This document shows, piece by piece, positions 48,291 to 58,549 of a stretch of DNA of 64,000 bases. The number at the start of each line of letters is the position of its first letter. Within the stretch, counting starts at the first letter, position 1. The DNA is from Alphaproteobacteria bacterium (lineage in GTDB: Bacteria; Pseudomonadota; Alphaproteobacteria; SP197), in NCBI GenBank assembly GCA_964291415.2, contig OZ219917.1, positions 1,178,012 to 1,242,011 on the forward strand, in the 5' to 3' direction. A program made the translations under genes and the position numbers. The notes beneath the pieces were generated by a model. That model worked only from the letters and a program-made list of their open reading frames with translations, was not told where the DNA came from and searched no databases.

Positions 48291-49025
48291 ATGATTCCGG
48301 ACTGGAACCTCGACGGCCGCGTGGTCGTCAACTGGAAGACCTGCAACTGGCAGCCCTTTCCCGTCCTGGGGGGAGGGGAGACAGGCCTGACGTGGCACCC
48401 GATCCGCTCCGTGTCCGGATGCGGCGACGGCACCTACCTGATGAAGGTGGCGCCGGGCGGCGGAGTCGGGCTGCACGTTCACACGTGCCGGGAGTCCTTC
48501 GTCATTCTCGATGGCGCACTGGTGGACGGTGACGGCACAGTCCTCGTCGAGGGCGACGTGGCAACCTACGATCCTGGCACGCGCCACCACACGGACAGCC
48601 CTGAAGGCTGCACGCTGATGGTCTGGAGCGAGGCGCCGGTCGACGTGGTCGAGGGTGTGGGGGAGGTTGCGGCCCTGAAGTCCGGACGCAGGATTGTCAA
48701 CTGGAAGACAGCCGCCTACGAACGCTACCCCGGCCTGCCCGAGACCGCGGATCAGATCGACTGGTGCAACGTGCGCGCCGACCCGGAGACGAGCCAGGGC
48801 CTGTCGCTCGTCAGGTTCGCGCCGGGCGCCAGTTCCAGGCTCCACGAGCACAAGGGCTGGGAGGAGTTCATCGTGCTGGATGGAATGGCCACCGACCCCG
48901 ATGGCACGACCTACCGTACCGGCGACGCGGTGAGCCTGCCCCCGGGCAGCGTCCACGCATCCCGCTCCGACACCGGCTGCATAGGCGCCGTCATGATCGA
49001 GAAGCCACTCGTGAGGCTGGCGTAG
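48291..49025 (+). CDS. Tandem ChrR-like bicupin protein
   Basis: Two cupin repeats: HVHTCRESFVILDG...PGTRH and HEHKGWEEFIVLDG...PGSVH. Confidence 0.8.
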   Translation: MIPDWNLDGRVVVNWKTCNWQPFPVLGGGETGLTWHPIRSVSGCGDGTYLMKVAPGGGVGLHVHTCRESFVILDGALVDGDGTVLVEGDVATYDPGTRHHTDSPEGCTLMVWSEAPVDVVEGVGEVAALKSGRRIVNWKTAAYERYPGLPETADQIDWCNVRADPETSQGLSLVRFAPGASSRLHEHKGWEEFIVLDGMATDPDGTTYRTGDAVSLPPGSVHASRSDTGCIGAVMIEKPLVRLA

Positions 49026-49059
49026 GCGAAGATCGGGAAGTCGCGCGAGCGGTGTCGAT

Positions 49060-49300
49060 CCCGGTGCGGCGGGTCATGGTGTTCCGGGTCCTCAAGCCCG
49101 ATGGAGAGACGTACCGGTGCTTCGGAGACGCCGGCCGCCTCCATCTGCTGGCGGGTTGTGGAGGCCGGATGGGTGACCGGCGACAAGGCGTCTCCGACGC
49201 TGGCACGACGAGCAAGGAGCCGCAATGCCTCGATGAGTTTCACACCTGCCTCGCGGCCTCCCTTCAGTTCGCAGTCGAAGATCGCGCCGGGGCCGCATGA
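49060..49300 (-). pseudogene. O-acetylhomoserine sulfhydrylase (Cys/Met PLP enzyme) C-terminal remnant
   Basis: GAIF.CELKGGREAG...ASVGD...THPASTT...VRLSIGLED. Confidence 0.75.
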
Positions 49301-49540
49301 TGAGGGCGCCCGGCCCGGCAGTGTTGACAGTTCGTGCACCGCCACGACCGACCCGTGAGGCTCGCGTCAACCCGCCGCAAATGGAGGCCGCCGGACCACG
49401 GCAACGGGAGACAGGTGCCGTCACTCGGGGCCCGTTGCACCATGATTCATGGCCCCGCCATGTCGTCGGAACGCGAGGATAACTGGACCCAATCGATCGT
49501 GGACGGCATGCTGGACAACACACACGAGGAGACACGAGGG

Positions 49541-50068
49541 ATGGATGCAATCGTGACGGAGCCCGGAGCTTTCATCGGTTTCGACGAGCCGGTCCTCGCC
49601 CACCTCGGGCAGAAACCCGAGATGGTGGTCTGGGATACCAGCGACGAGAGGATGTGGGTCGAGATCGAGCCGAACATCTTCTTCCGCCCGTTGATGTTTG
49701 ACATGGTGACCGGCGCCCACAGCGAGCTTCTCAAGATCCACGGGCCCGCGACCCTTGGTCGCCATCGCCACACCGCAGCGGTGCACGGCTTCGTGATCAA
49801 GGGCGAGTGGCACTACAAGGAGCACACCTGGAGAGCGAAGCAGGGCTCGTACATCTACGAGGCTCCGGGCGAGGTGCACACGCTGACCGTTGATGCCGAC
49901 TGCGAGGAAATGATCACGTACTTCTATGTCGGCGGTTCGCTGATCTACATGGACGACGACGAGAACATCCTCTCGATCGAGGACAACATCGGGCTGATCG
50001 AGATGTGCCGGGATCACTTCGAAAAGGTGGGCCTGGGCGGCGATTTCGTGCACAACTTCATCCGCTGA
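49541..50068 (+). CDS. 2,4'-dihydroxyacetophenone dioxygenase-family cupin
   Basis: FRPLMFD, RHRHTAAVHG, GEWHYKEH, YEAPGEVHTL. Confidence 0.85.
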   Translation: MDAIVTEPGAFIGFDEPVLAHLGQKPEMVVWDTSDERMWVEIEPNIFFRPLMFDMVTGAHSELLKIHGPATLGRHRHTAAVHGFVIKGEWHYKEHTWRAKQGSYIYEAPGEVHTLTVDADCEEMITYFYVGGSLIYMDDDENILSIEDNIGLIEMCRDHFEKVGLGGDFVHNFIR

Positions 50069-50353
50069 CCGACAATCCGGCCGTGTTCGGAAAGTCCGAT
50101 GAGGAGCACGGGCGGCACAGGACCCGTCAGGGAAACACGGCCCACATGGTCCCCGGCGACCGGCGAGGCTTCCGTCACGCGAGTTGAAGAGTTGCAGGCG
50201 CCGGACGTGCGGACCATTCCATTCCGTCAGCCCAATCGCATTCCGGGGGACGTTGGTGTCGGGTTTGCCTTGCTGCTGGCCGCGAGTCACGGCAACGAAG
50301 GATGAGATCCGGGCAGGGCGCAACAAGGAAATCGACCAAATCTGGAGGAAACG

Positions 50354-51742
50354 GTGGACAACACGAAGCTCTGGGGTGGAGAGCCCTACTATGGCCTGGA
50401 CTACGAATTCGACCCCCAGTGGTTCCTCACCGATGAGCAGAAGAAGCTCCAGCGCCAGCTCATTGAAGTGTGCCACGATGTCCTTCGTCCCAACGCGGCC
50501 ACGTGCGACGAGTCGGGCGCCTACCCCTGGGAGAGCGTGAAGGCTCTGGCCGAGCTGCGGCTGCTCGGTTGCATCGTGCCCGAAAAGTGGGGCGGCCGTG
50601 GCGAGAATCACACGGGCCTCGCGATGATCGGCGAGACCATTACCCGCTACGGCTGTCCATCGACCGGGGTGATCTTCATGATGCACATGGCCGGTCTCGC
50701 GGCGCTTCTGTTCCGGGCCGGAGGCAATCGGGCCATACAGGAGCTCCTTGCCCGCATCGACACCGACGTCATGATCGGCTCGGCCTCCTATACCGATCCG
50801 GAGACGGGCGGCCACTTCTGGTATCCCAAGATCTCCGGCGTCGAGAAGGTCGACGGCGGCTGGCATGTCAGGAAGAGTTCGGCGTTCACCACCTCCTGCG
50901 GCGAGGCCCGCTGGATGACGACCCAGACGACAAGCCCCGGCTTTGACGGGGACTATTCCGACCTCTCGGTCTTCCTCGTCTACGAGGACGAGATGAAGCC
51001 CAACCCGGGACTTTGGGACGTCATGGGCATGCGGGCTACCAGTTCCGGTCCTGTCGACTTCGACGTGGTGCTGCCCGAGGACCGCATGGTCGGTCCGCCG
51101 GGCGACGGCGCTGCCTCCAACGACGAGGCCGTCAACGCGGTGGGGATGATCATGTACGGCGCCCTCTACTGCGGAGTGGCCATGGGGGCGCTGGACGTCG
51201 CCAAGCGCTATACAACCCGGCGCCGTCACGCCAACTTCGGTCAGTGCGTTGCAGACTATCCGACCACGCATGACGTCTACGGAACCAGCCTGGTGGACGC
51301 CCAGGCCGCGCGCATGTTCCTCTTCGGCTTCTGCCAACAACTGGACCGGGCTACCGACAACGGCGACTGGGCCCTGTACGAGGAGGATCCCGATGCGCGA
51401 CCCCGCTCCCCGTACATCCTGTGGGGCTTGAAAGTGAAGGAAGTGGCGGCCCGCGCCGCCAGCGAGGTCACCGAGCGCATGTTCCGGCTGTTCGGCGGTT
51501 CAGGGTTCAGTCGCAACCTCGAGATCGAGCGCCTTCTGCGGGACTCCAAGGCTGGCTGGGTCATGGGACCGAGCAACGAGGTGACCCGCGGCATGGTGGG
51601 GCGTTGGGCTCTGCATGGCGGCGAGGCCGTTGACTGGTGGAATCAACGCCCCAACATTGGCCTGCTCAACGCCGAAATCGGCAAGCTCGACCCTGAAGAC
51701 AAGAAGAAACTCATCGCGCAGCTTGAATCCACCCTTGCCTGA
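50354..51742 (+). CDS. Acyl-CoA dehydrogenase family protein
   Basis: LTDEQKKL, VPEKWGG, WDVMGMRATSSG, FGGSGF...IERLLRD. Confidence 0.9.
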   Translation: MDNTKLWGGEPYYGLDYEFDPQWFLTDEQKKLQRQLIEVCHDVLRPNAATCDESGAYPWESVKALAELRLLGCIVPEKWGGRGENHTGLAMIGETITRYGCPSTGVIFMMHMAGLAALLFRAGGNRAIQELLARIDTDVMIGSASYTDPETGGHFWYPKISGVEKVDGGWHVRKSSAFTTSCGEARWMTTQTTSPGFDGDYSDLSVFLVYEDEMKPNPGLWDVMGMRATSSGPVDFDVVLPEDRMVGPPGDGAASNDEAVNAVGMIMYGALYCGVAMGALDVAKRYTTRRRHANFGQCVADYPTTHDVYGTSLVDAQAARMFLFGFCQQLDRATDNGDWALYEEDPDARPRSPYILWGLKVKEVAARAASEVTERMFRLFGGSGFSRNLEIERLLRDSKAGWVMGPSNEVTRGMVGRWALHGGEAVDWWNQRPNIGLLNAEIGKLDPEDKKKLIAQLESTLA

Positions 51743-52049
51743 GGCATCCGCCCAGCAGGCAGGGTAGGGCGGCGTCGCCGACCGACGTGTTGCACGGATC
51801 GTGTGACGATGCCTCGAACGACCGTTCGGGTCATCGCCACGCGTCCCCTCGCTTCTCGCGCGAGCGACCGCAAGGAGCTGGCGAGACGGAGAAGAAGATC
51901 GCTTTCACGATCGCGGTCATCGAGGACGGCGGTACGTCCGGGGCGTGGTGAACCAACCATGCGGGCTTCCGGGACGGTGAACACCTGGCCCTGACGCCGG
52001 CCTGTTGTATCTGCCTGCACAGCCGTTCAGGCATTGTGGCCAGCCAGGC

Positions 52050-52282
52050 GGTGCTGAAATCGGACGAGCATGCTTGCGACCTGCCTTGAGGCTGCGCCCA
52101 GATTCCGGCGTGGCGAGAAAGCGGCGAAGGACGTCATCGCCCGGCAGGTCGGCACCATCCGGGACGCGTGGGATGACATGTGTGAGGAGGCCGCACTGAC
52201 CGAAGTCGAGCGCAACCTCTACGGCCAGCGCATCTTTCTGAACGACTGCATCTTCGAAGGCACGGCGGAGGGCCTGTGGTGA
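52050..52282 (+). pseudogene. HipA-family toxin C-terminal remnant
   Basis: LATCLEAAPRF...IRDAWDDMCEEAALTEVERN...IFLN. Confidence 0.6.
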
Positions 52283-52547
52283 CGGAGATCCCGCCAGCCA
52301 CGATGGCGGGTCTGTTGGCCGGCCGTTTCGTGTGATTGCTTTGCGGACGTCATGTGATGACGGGCGCGGTGCTCGCGAACGCTCCGAAGAATGAGACGCA
52401 GGTATGTGCGCGACGTGATAGTGGTCAGCGGCGGGTCGGTCTTGGCGTTCTGGCGGGCCAGACCGGGATGGACGGTCAAGGGCTGGTTGGAATCCTGCGC
52501 GTCGCGGTAGCGGCCTTGCAACGCCGCAATTCGGCCCGGTCTCTTGA

Positions 52548-54785
52548 TCAGACCTTTCCGGCACTCGCGATGGCGGCGACGTTGAGCAGGCCCCGTGCGG
52601 TGGCGTTCGGTGTGACGATATGGGCTGCGCCGCCATAGCCGAGCAGAATCGGGCCGATCGGCTGGGCGTTGCCAAGGGCCGACAGCGCGTGGATCGCCGC
52701 ATTGGCTGCGTCCATCCCCGGAAACACCAGGATGTTGGCGCGGTCGGTGAGCCGCGCTTCGGGCAGGAAGCGATCGCGCGCTGCCTTGTCGAAGGCCAGG
52801 TTGAGCTGCATCTCGCCCTCGAATTCGAAATCGGCTTGCGTCTCGGCAAGGATTTCGGTCGCACGGCGCATCCGGGCCGCGCTCGGGCTGGAATGAGCAC
52901 CGAAATTGGCATGGCTGATCAGCGCGACCCGCGGGACCTGGCCGAAGGCGTGGACCTGCGCCGCCGCCGCGCGGCAGATCCCGGCAATTGCTTCCGCATC
53001 CGGTTCGTAGTTCACGTAGCCGTCGGCGATGAAGACGGTGCCGGAATCCATGATCAGCGGCACCAGGGCCGTAACGGTTTCCGCCCGGGTTCCCAGTATC
53101 TGGTCGACATGTTCCAGATGGGTCGAATAGTGACCCGAGGTGCCGCAGATCAGGCAGGCCGCTCCACCCTCGCGGACGTGCATTGCCGCGGCCAGAGTGT
53201 CGCTGGTCCGGAACAGCTTGCGGGCGGCCTCCGGGCCGATTCCGTCGCGGGCGCGCAGACTGTGGAGTCTTGCGCCATAGCGCTCGATCAGCTCCTCGTC
53301 ATCATGGTCGAACACTTCGAAGTCCCGGTCGGGCGCCACGCGCAGGCCCATCTCGGCGCACAGGGCAGCGATCCGGCTTGCCCGCCCGGTGGCGACGGGC
53401 GCCGCGATGCCCTCATCGAGGATGTTCTGGATTGCCCGGAGTACCCGCCGGTCCTCGCCCTCGGCAAAGATCACCTTGCGCGGCGCCGCCCGGGCGCTGT
53501 CGAAGATCGGCCGCATCAGGAAGCTGGTTCGGTAAACGAAACTGGAAAGCCGGGTACGGTAGGCATCGAGATTCTCGAGCGGGCGCGTCGCGACGCCGCT
53601 GTCCATCGCCGCCCCGGCGACGGCCGGTGCGATCGCGCCGAGAAGCCGCGGATCGAAGGGCCGAGGCAAGAGGTAGTCGCGGCCGAACTTCAGCCGATCC
53701 TCGCCATAGGCCCGGGCGACCTCGTCGGTAATGCCCGCGCGCGCCAGTTCGGCCAGCGCGGTAACGCAGGCAAGTTCCATCTTCCGGTTGATGGCCGTCG
53801 CGCCGACATCGAGCGCGCCGCGAAAAATGAATGGAAAGCACAGGACGTTGTTGACCTGGTTCGGATAATCGGTCCGCCCGGTGCAGACGATGGCGTCCGG
53901 GCGCACGGTGCGGACCTCTTCGGGCATGATCTCCGGCACCGGGTTGGCCAGCGCCATGACCATCGGTTCCGGTCCCATGCGCCGGCACTGCTCGGAACTC
54001 AGCACGTTCGGCCCGGAAAGGCCGAGAAAGATCTCTGCGCCGTCGATCGCATCGTCCAGGGTTCGCGAGCAGGTGTCCTGGGCGAAGGCGGCCTTGTGCG
54101 GCTCCGCGTGACGCCCCGTGTGGACAAGCCCATCGATGTCGATCAGCCAAACGTTCTCGCGCTGCAGGCCGAGGTCCAGAAGCAGGTTCAGACAGGCGAT
54201 GCCGGCAGCGCCGCCGCCGGTCGAGACCAGCTTGACCCGGCTGAGATCCTTGCCCAGAAGATGCATGCCGTTGACGACGGCGGCGGCGACGACGATGGCG
54301 GTGCCGTGCTGGTCGTCATGGAAGACGGGAATGTTCATTTCCGCCCTCAGCCGGTTCTCGACCCGGAAGCAGTCGGGCGCCTTGATGTCTTCCAGATTGA
54401 TGGCGCCGAAGGCCGGCTCGAGCCGCCGGATCGTGTCGGCCAGCGCGTCCGGATCGCTCTCGTCGATCTCGATGTCGAACACGTCGATATCGGCAAATTT
54501 CTTGAAAAGGACAGCTTTGCCTTCCATGACCGGTTTTGCCGCCAGCGCCCCGATGTTGCCGAGACCGAGCACGGCCGAGCCGTTGGTGACGACCGCAACC
54601 AGGTTGGCCCGGGCCGTGTAGCGCGCCGCATCTTCAGGTCGTTCGGCGATCGCGCTGCTCGCCTCTGCGACGCCCGGGGAATAGGCCAGCGCAAGATCGC
54701 GTTGGTTGGCCAGCGGCTTGGTCGGGCGGATCGCCAGTTTCCCCGGCCTGCCGGCTGCGTGATAGCGTAGAGCGTCCTGGTCCAT
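52548..54785 (-). CDS. maeB: NADP-dependent malic enzyme with PTA domain
   Basis: DLALAYSPGVA, KPVMEGKAVLFK, INLEDIKAP, FHDDQHGT, YPNQVNN, FAEGED, FEGEM. Confidence 0.95.
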   Translation of the reverse strand: MDQDALRYHAAGRPGKLAIRPTKPLANQRDLALAYSPGVAEASSAIAERPEDAARYTARANLVAVVTNGSAVLGLGNIGALAAKPVMEGKAVLFKKFADIDVFDIEIDESDPDALADTIRRLEPAFGAINLEDIKAPDCFRVENRLRAEMNIPVFHDDQHGTAIVVAAAVVNGMHLLGKDLSRVKLVSTGGGAAGIACLNLLLDLGLQRENVWLIDIDGLVHTGRHAEPHKAAFAQDTCSRTLDDAIDGAEIFLGLSGPNVLSSEQCRRMGPEPMVMALANPVPEIMPEEVRTVRPDAIVCTGRTDYPNQVNNVLCFPFIFRGALDVGATAINRKMELACVTALAELARAGITDEVARAYGEDRLKFGRDYLLPRPFDPRLLGAIAPAVAGAAMDSGVATRPLENLDAYRTRLSSFVYRTSFLMRPIFDSARAAPRKVIFAEGEDRRVLRAIQNILDEGIAAPVATGRASRIAALCAEMGLRVAPDRDFEVFDHDDEELIERYGARLHSLRARDGIGPEAARKLFRTSDTLAAAMHVREGGAACLICGTSGHYSTHLEHVDQILGTRAETVTALVPLIMDSGTVFIADGYVNYEPDAEAIAGICRAAAAQVHAFGQVPRVALISHANFGAHSSPSAARMRRATEILAETQADFEFEGEMQLNLAFDKAARDRFLPEARLTDRANILVFPGMDAANAAIHALSALGNAQPIGPILLGYGGAAHIVTPNATARGLLNVAAIASAGKV

Positions 54786-55009
54786 GTCCTGCCCCTCGAA
54801 CCGGCGGAAAGCGACCTTGGCAGTCAGGAACCGTATCACACAAGCCGCGAGGTGGCCGCCGGCCCGATGGTCATTCGGTTCCATGCAACGCCGCGACGCA
54901 TTCGCGCGTGAAGCATGTTCCGCACCGACCCGCTCGCGTTGATCGATCAAGAGCCTGGCCAGAAACGGGCATCCGACTGTCTCGCAGGACCGGCGGCGGG
55001 GCTGTGTCG

Positions 55010-55460
55010 AGGACCGCTTGCCGGCTGCCCGGCACGCTCGAACGTCGGGCCTGTGTCGTGGTCTACACGGTGTGGCGTTCGACCGTTCGCATCAACTCGG
55101 CCCGCAAGGCCAATGGCGAGGAGGTCGCGAGCCATGGGCACAGCCCGCATCCGGATTGATCCCGACGATCCCTCCAACCTGCCCGGGGGAGGGTCGATCC
55201 AGCCAGGGCGGAGTGCACGAGGCGGAGATCGCGGCGCAGGAGCGGGGAGATGAGACCATGCAGGACATGGCGCGATGCGCGCGTCGGGTCCGGCGGTGGC
55301 TCGGCCTCTCTCAGGCCGAACTGACGCGGCGCATCGACGTGCCACACGAGACGATCCGCAACGGGAGCAGGGCAAGCGCTGCCCGATCGGAGCGGCGCGC
55401 CTCGCAACGGGTGCTCGACAAGACCCCGGAATCCGGGCTTCGCGCGCCGACCCATCCATA
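55010..55460 (+). pseudogene. Decayed BrnT-like toxin / HTH antitoxin pair
   Basis: VVVYT...VRINSARKAN..E; ARRVRRWLGLSQAELTRRIDVPHETIRN. Confidence 0.65.
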
Positions 55461-55623
55461 TCGTCCGGTACGTGATGCTGTCACGCGTCGGACCTCGCAT
55501 GCCCCCACTTGCACTCTCTGAGCCACCCACGTGATTGCCTGCAGGCGCTGGTCGCGAGAAGGCGAAGCGGTCATGGCCGCGGGCGTCGCGCAGGCTGGTG
55601 TCCTTTCGCGCTATCGCCCGATC

Positions 55624-57441
55624 TCACAAAGAGTCGCCTCGTCCCGCCGACGGGCTCCTGCGTCCCTCCTCGGCGGCGCTTCGTTCATCCTCGGCGAACA
55701 TCTCTTCGAGCTCTCGGGTCCAGTGCTTCGCCTCTTCGGCCATGCGGTCCGTGTCGTGCGCGATCGCGCGCTGGCGGAGCAGGCGTTCGGTGTCGTGGTC
55801 GCGGAAGGTGTTGACGGTGCGCCGGCTTTCGACGTCGTCGAGTCCCAGTTCCTTCAGGATCGCGTGGGCGAGCTCGAGGCTCGAATGAAAGGTGTCCCGC
55901 ACGATGTGCGTGATGCCGAGGTCCATCAACGCATGGGCGTGCTGGCGGTTGCGCGCTCGTGCGAAGATCGTGAGGTGCGGGAAGTGTCTGCGCACGGCGC
56001 GCGCCGTCACGAGCGATTGCTCGACATCCTCGATCGCAAGCACGAAGAGAACCGCCTTGTCGGCATTCGCTGCGCGCAGCAATTCGACGCGGCTCGCGTC
56101 GCCGTAGTAGACCTCGCTGCCGAAGCGGCGCACGAAGTCGACCTGGTCCGCGCTCGTCTCGAGAGCGGTGAAGCCGATGCGGCGCACGCGCAGGATGCGG
56201 CCCACAATCTGGCCGACCCTGCCGAACCCGGCGATGATGACCCGGTTCTCTTCCTCGATGTGCTGCTCGTACGCCGGTTCCACCTTCGGCTCCAGTCGGT
56301 TGTTCAGCCAGTCGCTCGCCCTGAGAGCCAGCGGCGTTGCCGCCATCGAGAGTGTCACTGCAACGATCAGCATGTCGGCGGTGCGCCCGTCCATCAGCAC
56401 GGAAGACACGCCAAGCGCGAGGATGACGAAGGCGAACTCGCCTCCCTGCGAGAGCGCCACGGTGGTGCCGCGGATCGTGCGCCAGTTCGTCGTTTCGATA
56501 CGCACGACGGCAATCAGGCAGAGCATCTTGACCACCATCAGACCGAGCGCGAGACCCAGCACGGCAAGCGGCGTTTCGATCACCAGGCCGATGTTGACAG
56601 TCATTCCGACTGCCATGAAGAACAGGCCGAGAAGCAGCCCCTTGAAGGGCTCGATATCGGCTTCGAGTTCGTGCCGATACTCGGAATCGGCGAGCAGCAC
56701 GCCGGCCAGGAACGCGCCGAGGGCCATCGAGAGGCCGACGAGCTCCATCAGCAGGGCCACGCCGACGACCGTGAGCAGGGCCGTGGCGGTGAACACCTCG
56801 TGCGTGCCGAACCGCGCCACAAGCCGCAGCGCGTGACGCAGGAGATAGCGGCCACCGAGCACCATCAGCGCGATCATGCCGACCGCCTTGGCGATATCGA
56901 GCCAGAGAGCTCCCTCCGCGGCGCTTCCGGACGCGGGCGCCAGAAGGGGCAGAAGGGCCAGAATGGGGATCACCGCGAGGTCCTGGAACAGCAGGATCGA
57001 GAACGACAGGCGGCCGTGGCGGGTCGTGAGTTCGTTGCGCTCGGCGAGCGCCTGCAGTGCGAAGGCGGTTGACGACAGTGACAGGGCGAGTCCGGCAACC
57101 ACGGCGGCCTCGATCGGCAGTCCCAACGCCAGGGCGAGACCGGCGAGCGCTACCGCGGTCAGCGCGAACTGCCCTCCGCCCAACCCGAACACCGCCCGGC
57201 GCATGGCCCATAGACGCAGCGGCTGCAGTTCGAGGCCGATGACGAACAGCAGCAGGACGACTCCGAGTTCGGCGAAATGAAGGATCTCCTGCTCGTCGTC
57301 GACAAGGTCCAGCGCCCAGGGACCGACGATCAGGCCCGCCAGCATGTAGCCGAGAACCGAACCCATACCGGCCCGCTTGGCAAGCGGGACGACGACCACG
57401 GCCGCGGCGAGAAAGATGGCAACCTGTTCGAGAAACGCCAT
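55624..57441 (-). CDS. kefC: Glutathione-regulated K+ efflux antiporter (CPA2, KefB/KefC)
   Basis: FAELGVVLLLFVIGLEL, LSSTA, LLFQDL, EPFKGLLLGLFF, GFGRVGQ, YYGDA. Confidence 0.88.
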   Translation of the reverse strand: MAFLEQVAIFLAAAVVVVPLAKRAGMGSVLGYMLAGLIVGPWALDLVDDEQEILHFAELGVVLLLFVIGLELQPLRLWAMRRAVFGLGGGQFALTAVALAGLALALGLPIEAAVVAGLALSLSSTAFALQALAERNELTTRHGRLSFSILLFQDLAVIPILALLPLLAPASGSAAEGALWLDIAKAVGMIALMVLGGRYLLRHALRLVARFGTHEVFTATALLTVVGVALLMELVGLSMALGAFLAGVLLADSEYRHELEADIEPFKGLLLGLFFMAVGMTVNIGLVIETPLAVLGLALGLMVVKMLCLIAVVRIETTNWRTIRGTTVALSQGGEFAFVILALGVSSVLMDGRTADMLIVAVTLSMAATPLALRASDWLNNRLEPKVEPAYEQHIEEENRVIIAGFGRVGQIVGRILRVRRIGFTALETSADQVDFVRRFGSEVYYGDASRVELLRAANADKAVLFVLAIEDVEQSLVTARAVRRHFPHLTIFARARNRQHAHALMDLGITHIVRDTFHSSLELAHAILKELGLDDVESRRTVNTFRDHDTERLLRQRAIAHDTDRMAEEAKHWTRELEEMFAEDERSAAEEGRRSPSAGRGDSL

Positions 57442-57544
57442 GTCACATGCCCTTTCCCTTCGAGCCGCGCCCGCGGCGTCGGGTCTTGCGGCCACAACTT
57501 CGGAATTCTACCGTGCGGGCCGGAGCCACGGGAGTGTGTTGAAC

Positions 57545-57997
57545 ATGCTCGACATCGAGAAGGTGGACCACATCGGCATCCGGGTCAGCGACAGGGCCGT
57601 GTCGATTGCGTTCTACGAACGCCTCGGCTTCAAGACCCTTGCCGACGCGGGCTTCGAGAAGGGCCACCCCATCATCATGCAGCATCCCTCGGGCGTCGTG
57701 CTGAACCTGCTCGGTCCGTCAAACTCCATGAACGGCACCAACATCCTGATGGATGTGGACGAGAAGTATCCGGGCATCACCCACGTCTCGTTCAAGGTGG
57801 CCTCGCTCGACGCCGCCAAGGCGTTCCTTGCGGAGAGCGGCATTCCACTCAGTGGCCAGTTCTCGTTCAGGGACCTGCAGGCGGTCTTCATCCGCGATCC
57901 CGACCGCAACGTGATCGAGCTTGACGCCTATGCCGGCAAGGAACCGGAGACCCGGGCCGACCCTGCCGAGGATGACGGGTACCGGGCGCATCCGTAG
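57545..57997 (+). CDS. VOC/glyoxalase family protein
   Basis: VDHIGIRV...FYERLGF...THVSF...FIRDPDRNVIEL. Confidence 0.9.
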   Translation: MLDIEKVDHIGIRVSDRAVSIAFYERLGFKTLADAGFEKGHPIIMQHPSGVVLNLLGPSNSMNGTNILMDVDEKYPGITHVSFKVASLDAAKAFLAESGIPLSGQFSFRDLQAVFIRDPDRNVIELDAYAGKEPETRADPAEDDGYRAHP

Positions 57998-58069
57998 ACG
58001 GGCGATTCCGACCCCCTGGTACCGGATTTTGCTCGACAGGAACAGGCGCTGCATGGCGGGAACGTTGCG

Positions 58070-58410
58070 GCCTCGCACTCCCGGGCCGTGGAAGCCGTCT
58101 CCCAGGTAGTCGCTGTCGGCGGTCTTCGAGGAGAAACGCGCGTTCGCGAGCCCATGTCGACCCAGTCCGGCACACCGATGGTGCCCCCGCTCCGGGCCGC
58201 GAAGGGTCCGCGATCGTCGCCGTCGCGGTACCCTTGAGCCGCGCTGGCGCAGTCATCGGGTTCGCCTCGGCGAAGCCCGTCCAGGTTGCGCTCGCCGTGC
58301 CCGCCGGGGTGGTGTCTGTGGCGTCGCCCGCCACCCGCGCCGGGGCCGACGCGAAGTTCGCCGCTGCAAGCGGTCCCCACGATATCCGCCGACAACGGTT
58401 CCGCGCCGAG
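58070..58410 (-). pseudogene. Degenerate paralog of the adjacent TbpB-like lipoprotein C-terminus
   Basis: VAGDATDTTPAGTASATWTGFAEA...GTATATIAD matches VAGDATGTNPAGTGSATWRGIAEA...GTATVTIAD; frameshifted downstream. Confidence 0.7.
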
Positions 58411-58549
58411 CGCCAGGACGGCGAAGCTGTACGCGCCTTCCTCGTCCCTTCGTTGCGGGCCCCGCTACAGCCGGGACCGGCACGTGCCTGTCGTCGATGC
58501 CTGAGCCCCGCGCGTACCGGGACCCAGTCCCGGTACGCGCGCCTCATCC

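Noticed and set aside
50253-50269. Sigma-54 promoter (GG-N10-GC) upstream of the acyl-CoA dehydrogenase
   Set aside because: Weak match to TGGCAC, no activator nearby, easily arises by chance in GC-rich DNA
52620-54770. Long antisense ORFs (this one, also 26163-28280, 49421-51340, 55531-57072)
   Set aside because: Shadow frames of GC-rich genes on the opposite strand with no recognisable motifs
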